From NCBI GenBank assembly GCA_051294905.1, contig CM119371.1:40178001-40242000 (forward strand): a stretch of 64,000 bases of DNA. Direction: 5' to 3'. A model generated the notes under the pieces. The model saw nothing but the letters and a program-made list of their open reading frames with translations, was not told where the DNA came from and searched no databases. Each line of letters opens with the position of its first letter. The stretch's first letter is position 1. The translations under genes and the position numbers were made by a program. Of this stretch, positions 38,152 to 48,783 are shown piece by piece. The stretch comes from Botryllus schlosseri. Lineage: Eukaryota.

Positions 38152-38195
38152 GCTGACGATTACCCCTGACGAGTGTCAGCCGAAAATATTCGGGT
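38152..38195 (+). ncRNA. Minimal type I hammerhead ribozyme (right arm)
   Basis: ACCC-CUGACGA-G[UGUCAGC]C-GAAA-AUAU-UC^GGGU. Stem I is ACCC/GGGU; stem III is the palindrome AAUAUU; loop II is complementary to upstream GCUGACG. Predicted cleavage after 38191. Confidence 0.85.
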
Positions 38196-39647
38196 TCATT
38201 TTAATATGAATATACTATTCAATAGTCGTTATTGTAAAATGATAACTATGGCTGACTTATAACAGCTCGTTCGCATTGAAGTAAGACGTTGTGAAGTTGC
38301 GTCATTGGAAGTCATCAGATTACTTGGGATACACATCATGTGTTTATCGCAGTAGTGGAGAAATTCGGTACCTTGACTCATGCGTGACTCTATAGTGAAT
38401 ACGATCACTTATACGGGGAAATATTCAGGTATCTTGCTCAAGCTATGGGTATGAATACTTGAGATCAAGCGACACAGACGCTTTCATCGTAATTATCATG
38501 TTTCGATTCCAGATACTTCAAGACTTGCAATACAGTTAATAAAAAGGAAGGAACAGAAACGACTAATTAATCAAACTCATTTCTTAGCCTACAAATATAT
38601 AGTTAGCAATCGGATAAAAAACGTGATAAAGGAGGCATACACGCCATAGTCTAGTTTTAATGAGAAATGTCATTCAGAATTCCAGGTAAACAATGAAGAG
38701 ACATTTTACAGAATAGTGTACAGGCGAAGTCGCTGTGTCAAGATCAATTCGACAATCTCAATACGCACCCTATATTAATCCGATAAAATGGACATGCATT
38801 TAGACTTCAAGGTGATCATGGTCATGGTCATCGGTCATACTTTGAAAGCTCTGCTATCGAACCAAAGAGGGCTTGTACACATGTGCGTTAGATTTCATAG
38901 TACTGAAGGTGTCAAATTCAGCGGACAGATACATAGATTGAAAGAATACATTAACTAGCAATTTCTAGCTACCTCGTTTCTTTATTATTCAAGGCTCGAT
39001 TTGATCGAAAAGAATCTCACAGAACTAACTTACATAATATTAGTCGTATAACTGAATTCGGTATACGTATTTACAGGTGATATAGTCACTTTCGTTTGAT
39101 CGTGTTTTTGCGTTTGGTTGCTACTACTGCGCCAACATTGGGTTTGGCTGTGAATAGCTGGTGCTTTCGCGTGTGTCATCATTCTCCTAGCGAACGTATT
39201 AGATCGTTATGCTATTCACTCCCAGTTTTCTCTATTCAATTTATTGTGTGTTATGAACTTGGGCTGTATAAATGTCGTACGATAGGGGGTGTTCTTCAAG
39301 GATTCTGCTGTAGACCCTACGTACACTGTACCGGAATCATACTTATTGGATTACATGAGCGTGAGCTTGAGCATCCTGTATAATGAATAATTGTCCGATC
39401 GAATTTATATCAAACAGTGCAAGTTGCCTACATAAGAGGCCCTTGATTACAGGGGAAATGGCTATCCCATTTGCCTGGAAAATAACTGGACAGTTGATAG
39501 TTATACAGTTAGACAGTTCTGCAGGCGATAATGCGTTGATTATAGGTTGCAAGGTCAATTTGATTTTGATGCTATATGGTGGTAGCAACAGGACATGTTT
39601 TGTTCAGATAATACGACTTATACAAGTTTCTTTAATATTACGAACTG

Positions 39648-41282
39648 ATGATGTCGGGGAAGCAGTCGGTTCCGGAGCTGCAAATTTCGCAGACAATAAC
39701 AAAGCACCTTCAGAGATCGCGTTTCAGTGGGAAGTACGCAGATTTCAAAATCATAGTCGGCAGCAAAGTGTTCCCAGCTCACCGCTTTATTCTCGGAAAC
39801 AAATCGGCGTTTTTCCGTGACCTGATTCATAATAACGCAAATAAAGACACCCCAGTATCGTGTGATCATTCGGAATACTCATCAGATGCTGTCGGCGTAT
39901 GCTTGGAATACATTTACACAGATCGACTCGAGTTCGAGTCTCACAACGCGCCGGCTGTTTTGCGCGTGGCGCATCATTGGACTTTGCGTTATGTCGTCAC
40001 CAAGTGCGAGCAATTGCTGAAGACTAGCATAACGTCGTCAAACTGTATCAAAACAAGAGCGCTGGCTACGAAACTTGGCCTTGCGGACCTCGGGGAGTGC
40101 GCTAACAGGGCTATTCTTGGGCATTTTGAAATGGTGACTAAAGCTAAAGATCTAATCATTTTATCAGTTGATGATATGAAGTCCATTAAAGAGACAGCTA
40201 TGGAAAGAGCATCAGTACGCATTAAAGACTTATGGACTCTATTTTACACATGGCACAAACGAAAAAACAAGGCTGGATCTCACACCTTATGCGAATGCTT
40301 GCATATATTCCCGTTCGACCAGTTTACAGTCACCGGTTTCAAAGAGCAGATATGGAAAAACGAACACGTGTCGAACTGTGACCAGTGTCAGGAAGTCGCG
40401 GTAAGGGCGTTTCTGAGTACATTTGACGAGCCACGTAAAGGCGACGACGTTTTATTCCTTAAAAAGCTCGCGAAGAAATACAATTTTCGTACGTTGAACG
40501 AAATTACGCGCAGACACATTGTAGAGAATCATTTATTTATATTCACAAATCACGACATGGGCGAGCTCGATAACGATGATTTGATGGAGTGCATTAACGA
40601 TATCGAGGACATGTGCACGCCCGGTGAGTTTACGGCGATCGTGAAATGGATGGTAAAATCGAAAAAGCGACAAGGAATTTTCCCGCAAATATTTAAATGC
40701 GTGGAGGATCCTACCTGCGCGCCACACAACGTGTTTCTGTCCAGTATTGGCGGATTTTTTGGTCTTTCCGAACCCACCGCGGCAGAAGTAGCATGTTCTA
40801 TTTCACGTGAGCAATATTGGTGGCCGAAATACTGCCTTTTCCTCAAAAAGCTGGCGGGAAAATACGACTGTAGTGTTACAGAGAAATTCGTGGATCAATG
40901 CATAGCCGGGGGTTTTGCCGAGGTCTGTGAAGACGTCGGTTTTTTAGAACTAAGTGCTCCTGACTTGATAACTTATCTGTCGTCGAAGTCCACGTATAGC
41001 TGTCGTGAAAGCCAGATTTGGGGGGCGATCATGTGCTGGATTCGTCATCACGAGTCGAGACGGGAGTCGTTTCAGGCTATCTTCGATTCGCTAAAGCTAG
41101 AAGAATTTACGACCGGTTTCCTGAGGTCGAACATATTAATCAACGCGTTAGTGATGGAGTCCAAAGCCAGTGTTTTCTCCGTGATGAGGGAGATTCTGCG
41201 AAGATTAGAAATATTGGAAAGCGAACACGCGGAAATGAAGAAAAACCTTCGCAACAAAATCGATCGGAAACAGACGAAATGA
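39648..41282 (+). CDS. BTB/POZ protein with repeated BACK-like modules and a C-terminal coiled coil, no Kelch repeats; intronless ORF
   Basis: BTB: YADFKIIVGSKVFPAHRFILGNKSAFFRDL...LEYIYT. BACK-like segments begin at HFEMVTKAKDL, NHLFIFTNHDMGEL and FAEVCEDVGFLELS...ESQIWGAIMCWIRH. Confidence 0.9.
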   Translation: MMSGKQSVPELQISQTITKHLQRSRFSGKYADFKIIVGSKVFPAHRFILGNKSAFFRDLIHNNANKDTPVSCDHSEYSSDAVGVCLEYIYTDRLEFESHNAPAVLRVAHHWTLRYVVTKCEQLLKTSITSSNCIKTRALATKLGLADLGECANRAILGHFEMVTKAKDLIILSVDDMKSIKETAMERASVRIKDLWTLFYTWHKRKNKAGSHTLCECLHIFPFDQFTVTGFKEQIWKNEHVSNCDQCQEVAVRAFLSTFDEPRKGDDVLFLKKLAKKYNFRTLNEITRRHIVENHLFIFTNHDMGELDNDDLMECINDIEDMCTPGEFTAIVKWMVKSKKRQGIFPQIFKCVEDPTCAPHNVFLSSIGGFFGLSEPTAAEVACSISREQYWWPKYCLFLKKLAGKYDCSVTEKFVDQCIAGGFAEVCEDVGFLELSAPDLITYLSSKSTYSCRESQIWGAIMCWIRHHESRRESFQAIFDSLKLEEFTTGFLRSNILINALVMESKASVFSVMREILRRLEILESEHAEMKKNLRNKIDRKQTK

Positions 41283-42393
41283 ACGACGTATGTCTTTATC
41301 CCGGAACGTATATAGATCTGCTCTGCTCGCTGAAACGCAGACATGTTTACCAAGCAAGGTTTGCTGGATGCAGTGTTGTTTTGTCAGGCTTAACCTGGTG
41401 CTAACTAGAGAATGGGTTCCCGACCATTTTTTGGCGTACCCCGTATTTGAATTTGAAAATGTATCAGTTATTCAGCAGCGCCGACGGCTTATATGTATCT
41501 GTACATGTATACTATTAACACATGAAACTACCGGTTCATTCGTAGATTTCCAGGAACGAGAAATTACAGTCCTATTGATTTCCATGCACTCGACACTTTA
41601 ATACTCATAGCAGTGGCCGGATATCATTCTCACTTTATGCCAGGTGGGGCTTTAAAATGATGCTCCTACTTCGTTCTTTTCTATTAAGAAAAATGAATTC
41701 GGATTTTCAGAAATGGCCCGCCCATAAAATCCGTATCCCTATAGTTAACATTCTCGTAATAGTCATTGGTATTTAATTTCCGTCCCCAGGCCATCCAGAG
41801 ATAGATAAACGACCCAACGTTGAAAGCTTTCGAACTAAAGTCTCACTGGTATCAAATTTTCTCAGCTTTCCTATGAAACCAATATTTGCGGATTGACAGT
41901 AAACGTTTCCATATTTAGTGGATTGCTGATTTGCATAAATTTATATACCTGTTGATCGCAGCACCGTGACTAGGTCTACATTCCTTTCTATCAGTGGATA
42001 CCTCTTGAATCGAGGGACTGCTAAACATTTTGCAGACGTGTTCGAATGTTTCGGTGAAAATACTTATATTTCAATATTACTTTACTCAATATTATCCGTT
42101 TTGCTATGCTCCCCGAATTTTATAAGTTTTTATATTGATTCGTATCTTTGATGTGAATAAAATCTCTATTATATCTTTGAACTATGTTCTATGCATCGCA
42201 ATCTCATAATATTGGCAAATTTATATTGTGTTAGCACGGCAGTCGATCAAGTGTCGTTGCCGATCGATTTGCACGCTGCATTTTTAGTTCGATTTGACAG
42301 GACATGCCAACGATATGTTAGAGCCGTCGTGAATTATAAAAAGCCCGCCTTGGACACGAAAGAGAGCATATGGTGGCGATTTCGCCCTAGCCA

Positions 42394-42905
42394 CAGTGAG
42401 GAGCATCGGAGTCGGAGTGGATTCGGAGCGGAGTTTTGCCGATTTTGTGACAGTCGGAGCGGAGTCGGAGTTTACTACTGATATTTTTTCGGAGAATTTT
42501 GGAGTATTGTAACTTTTGTCTACGATATATTTATATAGCTCTGACCAAAATAACCTATTGATTATGATTACAAACCAAAGCACAGACAGTTGACACCTTG
42601 TAAAGCTGTAATATGACGGGTAACATGCAAAAATGATTGCCAAGTGCATAAAAATCAGCCATCTGCACTGCAATTGGGGACTGGAAAGTAAACAATACAA
42701 TAAGGGCAACCATATTATCACATGTACCATGTTGTACCATGTGTGCCATGTACCATGCTTGCCACTGTTTGGGATACATGACGAGATTCGTCGGAGTATC
42801 TCGGTGTCTGGGATTGAACTCTTCGGAGTCGGAGGGAGTTTTCCTCAGACACCAAAATTGTCGGAGGGATTCGGAGTCTCGAAAAGCACTATCCGCTCAT
42901 CACTG
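42394..42905. mobile_element. hAT-type MITE with CGGAGT repeats
   Basis: CAGTGAGGAGC...GCTCATCACTG ends, perfect 8-bp TSD CCTAGCCA. Confidence 0.9.
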
Positions 42906-43495
42906 CCTAGCCAACAGCACGTAACCAAAGGCTATAAGTTCTAATCTCGGCTCTAGCATGTTTCCGAGCTTCGAATTAACTGGACTCATCACCGACTTGC
43001 TATCACTATTATACGATCCATTTCCCGAATTATAACGACATGGTACAGCAATCATGTTTACTTTAATTTTACTTTTCTTTATCAATCATATTATCTCATC
43101 GAATACTCACCCTAATTCGTCACGATGCAATTATTAGCATAAATAATACTTGCGATGTATTATTGCAGTGGTTCTTAACCAAGGTGTCGATTGTATTGCT
43201 CAGAGGTGCAGCGAGGAAATGAGGTAAACAAAAAACCGTTGACATATAATGCAAATTCAGGACATCCAAATTCTGAATAGCATCTGGAAAGCTTATGACA
43301 CTGCATGGCAATGAGGCAGTGATAGCAGTGTTATACTCGTCGGAGACTGGAACAAAGCGTCTCTCGCACTTGATTGGCATTGTTCGATTTATTATTGTAA
43401 CACTATCGGCAGCCGTGATTTTAATCAAAAGCCGGTATTGGAGTCCATTGATTTTGAGTGCTCATTAGGTGTTAACCTTGAAACTTGGCCTAGTG

Positions 43496-44200
43496 CAGTG
43501 GTTCCCAACCGGGGGGGGGGATTCCTTGGGTGGAATTTTGACATTTTTAGGGGGAAATCTGGCCTAATTTCTTTAGGGAAAATCTGGGTTTGGCATTTTA
43601 TCGGAAGATACACTGGGTTCATGAGGTTTTTAGATTTTTATGGTATAGAACTGTTAAGTAGAAATTAGTTAGTTACAAGTGTATGTTTCTTTGGCGGCTT
43701 TCAGGCTATGTGTATGTTTCCCCAGACCCCCTGATAAAGTGAGGCTCACGAGACGATTTCATTGAGTCTGCGACAGCCTCTCGACCAAATTGCTACGAAG
43801 CAGGAAAACGTCAAGCCGAATTCAGCACAAGGCCTCTAGTGAAATTGTTCAACTTTTCAGGCCAACATATGAGCTAACGTGAAAAACATACCGTACAAAA
43901 TTCATCGATTCAACTCAAGTCTATAGCAAGCGGACTTGGTGATTTATTTTTCGTCAGCAGCTACCCGACCGGTCAAAACAGGTCAAATTTGACTGTACTT
44001 CACCAAAGTTTAGTGCGGTCCGCATTCGCCATAGTTCGGACAAATCTGAATATGTTTGGTCATTAATTGTTCAGTCAATAAATGGTTGCGCGTTAAAAAC
44101 CACATTTTTTCAGTCGCAGGCAACTTTTTCATAGGGGGGGAATTTTTGCTCAAGTATCGGCCAAGGGGATGCACGAGACAAAAAAGGTTGGGAACCACTG
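43496..44200. mobile_element. hAT/Charlie-type MITE
   Basis: TIR CAGTGGTTCCCAACC, perfect TSD GCCTAGTG. Confidence 0.92.
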
Positions 44201-44366
44201 GCCTAGTGTTAGGCAATATCGTCGAGATATACCATACAAAATCTTGGCAGCCATCTCAGTAAGAAACATCGTCAAAATCAACGCGCAACAATACCGACTT
44301 TCGCGTATTTTATGCGTAGGTTTAATGACAGAACAGCGCTCACCTATTCTATACAAGACGTTTGGT

Positions 44367-44806
44367 TAGGCTTACCATATTTTGGAAATGTAAAAAGAGG
44401 ACAATTTTTCAGAAATTCCAGACATGCAGAACTGGAGAAGAATTCTCAAAACCCGGTAAATTTTTCCCACTTCGTGATCGGTTGACTAAAAAAAAAGGTC
44501 ATCACTTCCGCTCAGTGCTCAAAATAACGTTTTTCTCTCCACATTGCCAGGAGGATGACTATAAAAAAGGTCTTCTTTTCGCTCATAGCTAAAATCACCG
44601 CTTTTTCCTCCGAAATACCCGCCGGAGCTTCACTTCTGCGCTAATTTGCGGCATATCACTCGCAATTTGCTCTAAATCTGACATATAATTTCAAAAAAGA
44701 GGACAAAATCTCAAAAAAGAGGGCAAAAGGGCGTCCTCCGAGGACCCTTTCAAAAAAGTCAAAAAAGAGGACAAATCCTATTAAAAGAGGACGTATGGTA
44801 ACCCTA
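44367..44806. mobile_element. hAT(Ac)-like MITE with GAGGAC repeats
   Basis: TAGGCTTACCATA...TATGGTAACCCTA ends; no clean TSD. Confidence 0.7.
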
Positions 44807-46297
44807 CCATAGGGTGATGAAACGACCCGTCCATCACGCTGTTCGCGTTTGTCACGAAATCATCTGTACTGTATTGTGAGCCAGCGCGAGGCGCGAAAAT
44901 TTTCGATCATTTATGATACAATCGGTCAATCAGATCGGCGATTACATAATATATTATCAATTTATTTTCCTCTCTAGTCAAGTAATTATTTACCGGTAGA
45001 GCTGAGTGACGTGTCTTGAAAACGGGAAGGCCCGTGAATAATAATTAAACACCTTCTGGCGGGCGGACCCGTTGATATGACTTCGTTACATGATGTTATT
45101 TCGTGACTTCCAGTCTGCTATATCAAAAAATATAGAATCACTCAAACGTAGGCTTCTAAACTAAGAGACGCACACGATTTCAAATTGGTATTTCTTCACT
45201 GGCATAAAATTTTTCCCAGCGGGATGGTATTTGTCTTGTGAGGTTCAGAATGCAAAGACATGAACATTCGGCGTCAGTCATTTAGGCGCATATGGACAAT
45301 TAAACCTATTTGTATTTTATATATAGAACGCAGTCTTCGGTCAGCATAAGGGCATAGACCTTTTCGGCCAAGGTTTTCTCGCTGCCGATCGCTCTGGCAC
45401 ACTTCTTGGAGTCGCGTGTTATACGGCCTAAAACTTGATTGCATGTCTTGGTGGGTCGTGGCGCGGTGATGGCCCAATACCAAATAATAAAGATAAATGG
45501 CTAATTGAATTCGCGCACTACGCCAAAAAATGTTGAAAAATTGGCTCAAATTTTCAAAAAATACTCTATGATTTATGCTAATTCACGAAATAATTTTGAG
45601 CCCCCTTCGAGCTCGGGCCCCCCCCCAATTGGGGGGTTTGGGGTGCGGCAGTTACGGTGCTGGATATAGCCTACATATATATTTATTTGTTCATAGGCGC
45701 CTAAATGGCTGGCGCCAAATGTTACTGTCCTGGCAATAAGAACCCCACAAAAAATGACATCTCGCAGATATATACCTATCTGAAATCGTGTGCGTCTTTA
45801 AGTTTGGTACGTATGGGCGATTTGAATATATTTTGACATAGCAGACAGGCCACGAAATGTCATTACGTAACGAAGTCATTATACCCACGGGTCCGCCCGA
45901 ATATGTTCAATAGGGCTGTTCAAAAATAAAAAAAATTCCATGATTCCAGCCATTCACTGATTAAATTGTAAGGTTAGCCTAAAAAAAACGCTGCACACCA
46001 AATTTGGTTCAATTCGAACATATATAGGACTCCAAAGATCCAATTAAAATTTTTAATTTATTATAGAAAATTAAAAAAAAAAAATTCAAATTTTTCTGCC
46101 AACCCCATGAAATTGTTGAGCTGTCTTCAAAGACGTTGTAAAACAAATTTGAGTCAATTCCGACCAGTAGAAGCGGGGTTATGTGAGTTTTTTGTTGAAA
46201 AATCGCGGATTATCCACCGTTTGGGAACCACTGGTCTATTATATCTCATTACGTTAACTGTTTAGGGTATCCTCACATCTGCACTACGCTTACCTAC

Positions 46298-48194
46298 CAG
46301 TGATGAGCGGACTGTGATATTTTTCGGTCCAAGTCCAATCCTGAAAATTTTTAACTCACTCCTACTCCATCCTGATCCAAAAATATTTTCAAAATTCACA
46401 GTCCAAGTCCGGTACTGAAAATTTTCAACTCAGTCCTACTATATACTGATCCAATAATATTTTCAAAACTTACAGTCCAACTCCATCCTGATCCAAAAAT
46501 ATTTTCAAAATCTAAAGTCCCAATCTATAAATAAAAAACGGAAGAACATGTTATAGAGAATAATTAGGCTATCTGAAATATAACTCTGGTCTGTGAAAAG
46601 ATGTATATTTCCAATGTTTGCCTTCCCTCGAGCTGCAGTGGGCCTACATGACACAGCAACTTTAATTTTACATTTTAGAAACACGAATGTAAATATCTAG
46701 ACTGGCAAGATGGCTATCAATACCTAACCATCAAATCATGAGCAATGTGCATGTACGTACGTACAATGACATCAGGGTTGATCATTATAGTTTTTTTTAT
46801 AAATTTGACTGGCTAGTTGATAAAATTGTTAGGTCGGTTTGAACAAACGCTGCACATCAAATTCGATTCAATTCCAGCCTGTAGAAGCGAAGTTATTACA
46901 ACTGGAAAATTTTCAATATAATAAAAAGTATACACACTTTTTCGAATTATACTGGCTGCCCGTCCCTATAAAGTTTTGTAAGAAAATCGTGCATAACAAA
47001 TTTGACTCAATTCCAACCCGCACGGTATTTACTGTGGGATATTCTCTCATCAATAATTATAGATCTGCAACACTACTTTGAAGAGCTTCTTGGAGGTACA
47101 GAACTTGAATATACAATTGAATAGTATATTCATATTGAAATGAACCCGAATATTTTCGGCAGAAACTCGTCAGGGGTAATCGTCAGCAACTAATAGATAA
47201 TTGAAAATAACATTGTATATCATCAATCGTATCACAAAATATGACAGCCGAAAATATCCGGGCTCATTCCAATATGAACATACTATTCAACACCATTTTT
47301 CTAACCCAAAATTTTCCACTTCAAAGAATTCACCTACACCGGTTGGAATTCAACCAGTAGCCTCTTTAGCCAGTAAATTTCGAAAAAAAGTTATATCTAT
47401 CCAATCCTAATGTACCTACTATCCATACCAGACAAACAACCAATATATTCACGTTCCGGGTCAATACACAACAAACTTGCCATAGTAGTTTGTTCCGTGA
47501 GTAGGTACATAAAATATTTTATCATCATCATCATTGGTTTATTAGCAATTTTATCAGTTCAATACACCACAAAAAATGCGATACAATGAAAAGACAGGAA
47601 GGTGTCGAAGCGACAAGGAGCAGTCTATGGAATCTGACACCCACCTTGGCCTAGGCGATATAAGGAGGAGGCATGCACACTGAATGAAAGTAAAGAAGAT
47701 AGTATGGAAAAAGAAAGCGACAATAAATAGGGCGGCATGTCATGGGAAGCGAGATCGATAGGTCAGTCGTGGTCCGGTAATCTTGAGGATGGACTGTATT
47801 TATTTAGTAGTAATTGCTTGTATTTCGACTTGAATGTGGACATGCTCGTCGACTGTCGGATGGCAGACGAAAGAACCAGCCAAATCACAATATATAGGTG
47901 AGCAACTACTACATTAACGATCAACTTGAATCAACGTCCATTGGCAACACTGGGAACAATTCTTCTCTCCATCCGCCCGCACTCAGCTATATAAACAAAC
48001 ACTGAGCTATATTAAAATACCCCGCACTTCTGGTTGCGAAATCAGCGTGCCCGAGTCCGGATTTTGGCATGTCCAAGTCCAACTATATTTTTGAAAATCA
48101 CAATCCGAGTCCAAACTTTTTTCTCAAAATCACTATCCGGACCTAACGAAAATAACCCATAATCCTGATCCTGTCCAATCCAATGCTCATCCTG
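46298..48194. mobile_element. hAT-type element (CAGTGATGAGC TIR) with nested MITE, Penelope and LINE fragments
   Basis: TSD TTACCTAC/CTACCTAC; AGTCC/ATCC subterminal repeats at both ends. Confidence 0.78.
47079..47288. mobile_element. Tail-out inverted Penelope pLTR insertion
   Basis: Minus arm with tail and intact CUGACGA/GAAA core; short plus arm ends TACTATTC; CAACAC in both flanks. Confidence 0.85.
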
Positions 48195-48627
48195 CTACCT
48201 ACCTCATCTTAGAAAAAGTTCTGGCGCATACAACGAACGTCTTGCATTTTCTGCCGATGGCTATGCAACTTCTTGCCCCCTTCTACGCTTTCGCATGATA
48301 ACATACACTGATTAAGTCTCCTCACACCGCAACAATCCAACCAAATTTACTACAAGTTCAAATGACTAATTATTGTTTATTTCACACTAATTCTACACAT
48401 TACATAACATGAAAATGAGCTGCATGAACAAAATACAATCAGCGAAAATTCAGTCAGTACACTCCTAGTCTAAGCTAATGTACTTAGTAGTCATTAACAA
48501 TTTTCTCGGTTGTGGCTAATATTATTGTTGTTTCAATCACAACGGATAATGAGGAATATTTGTCAACCACAAAATGTTACAGAATGTCAAGCAGCGAAGC
48601 ATAATAATTTCGTAATAAGTGTTTAGT

Positions 48628-48783
48628 GAATAGTATTTGGATAGTATATTCCTATTGAAATGGCCCCCGACATTTTCGGCTGACAATCGCTAGGTGTAAT
48701 CGTCAGCAACTAGTAAGGAATTGGAAGGAATGAATATACTATTCAATTGTATATTGCAGCTCTGTAACGCCAACAAGCTCTTT
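48628..48783. mobile_element. Degenerate inverted Penelope pLTR insertion
   Basis: Minus arm with decayed hammerhead, then plus arm TGAATATACTATTCAATTG plus tail. Confidence 0.75.

Larger units (their letters stand above)
36180..38221. mobile_element. Penelope-like retroelement (GIY-YIG type): two 5'-truncated copies in inverted, tail-out arrangement
   Basis: 12-bp TSD ATAGTCGTTATT (36168-36179, 38222-38233). 737-bp inverted repeat 36217-36953 / 37487-38223. 37-nt tail only on the left arm. Confidence 0.95.
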
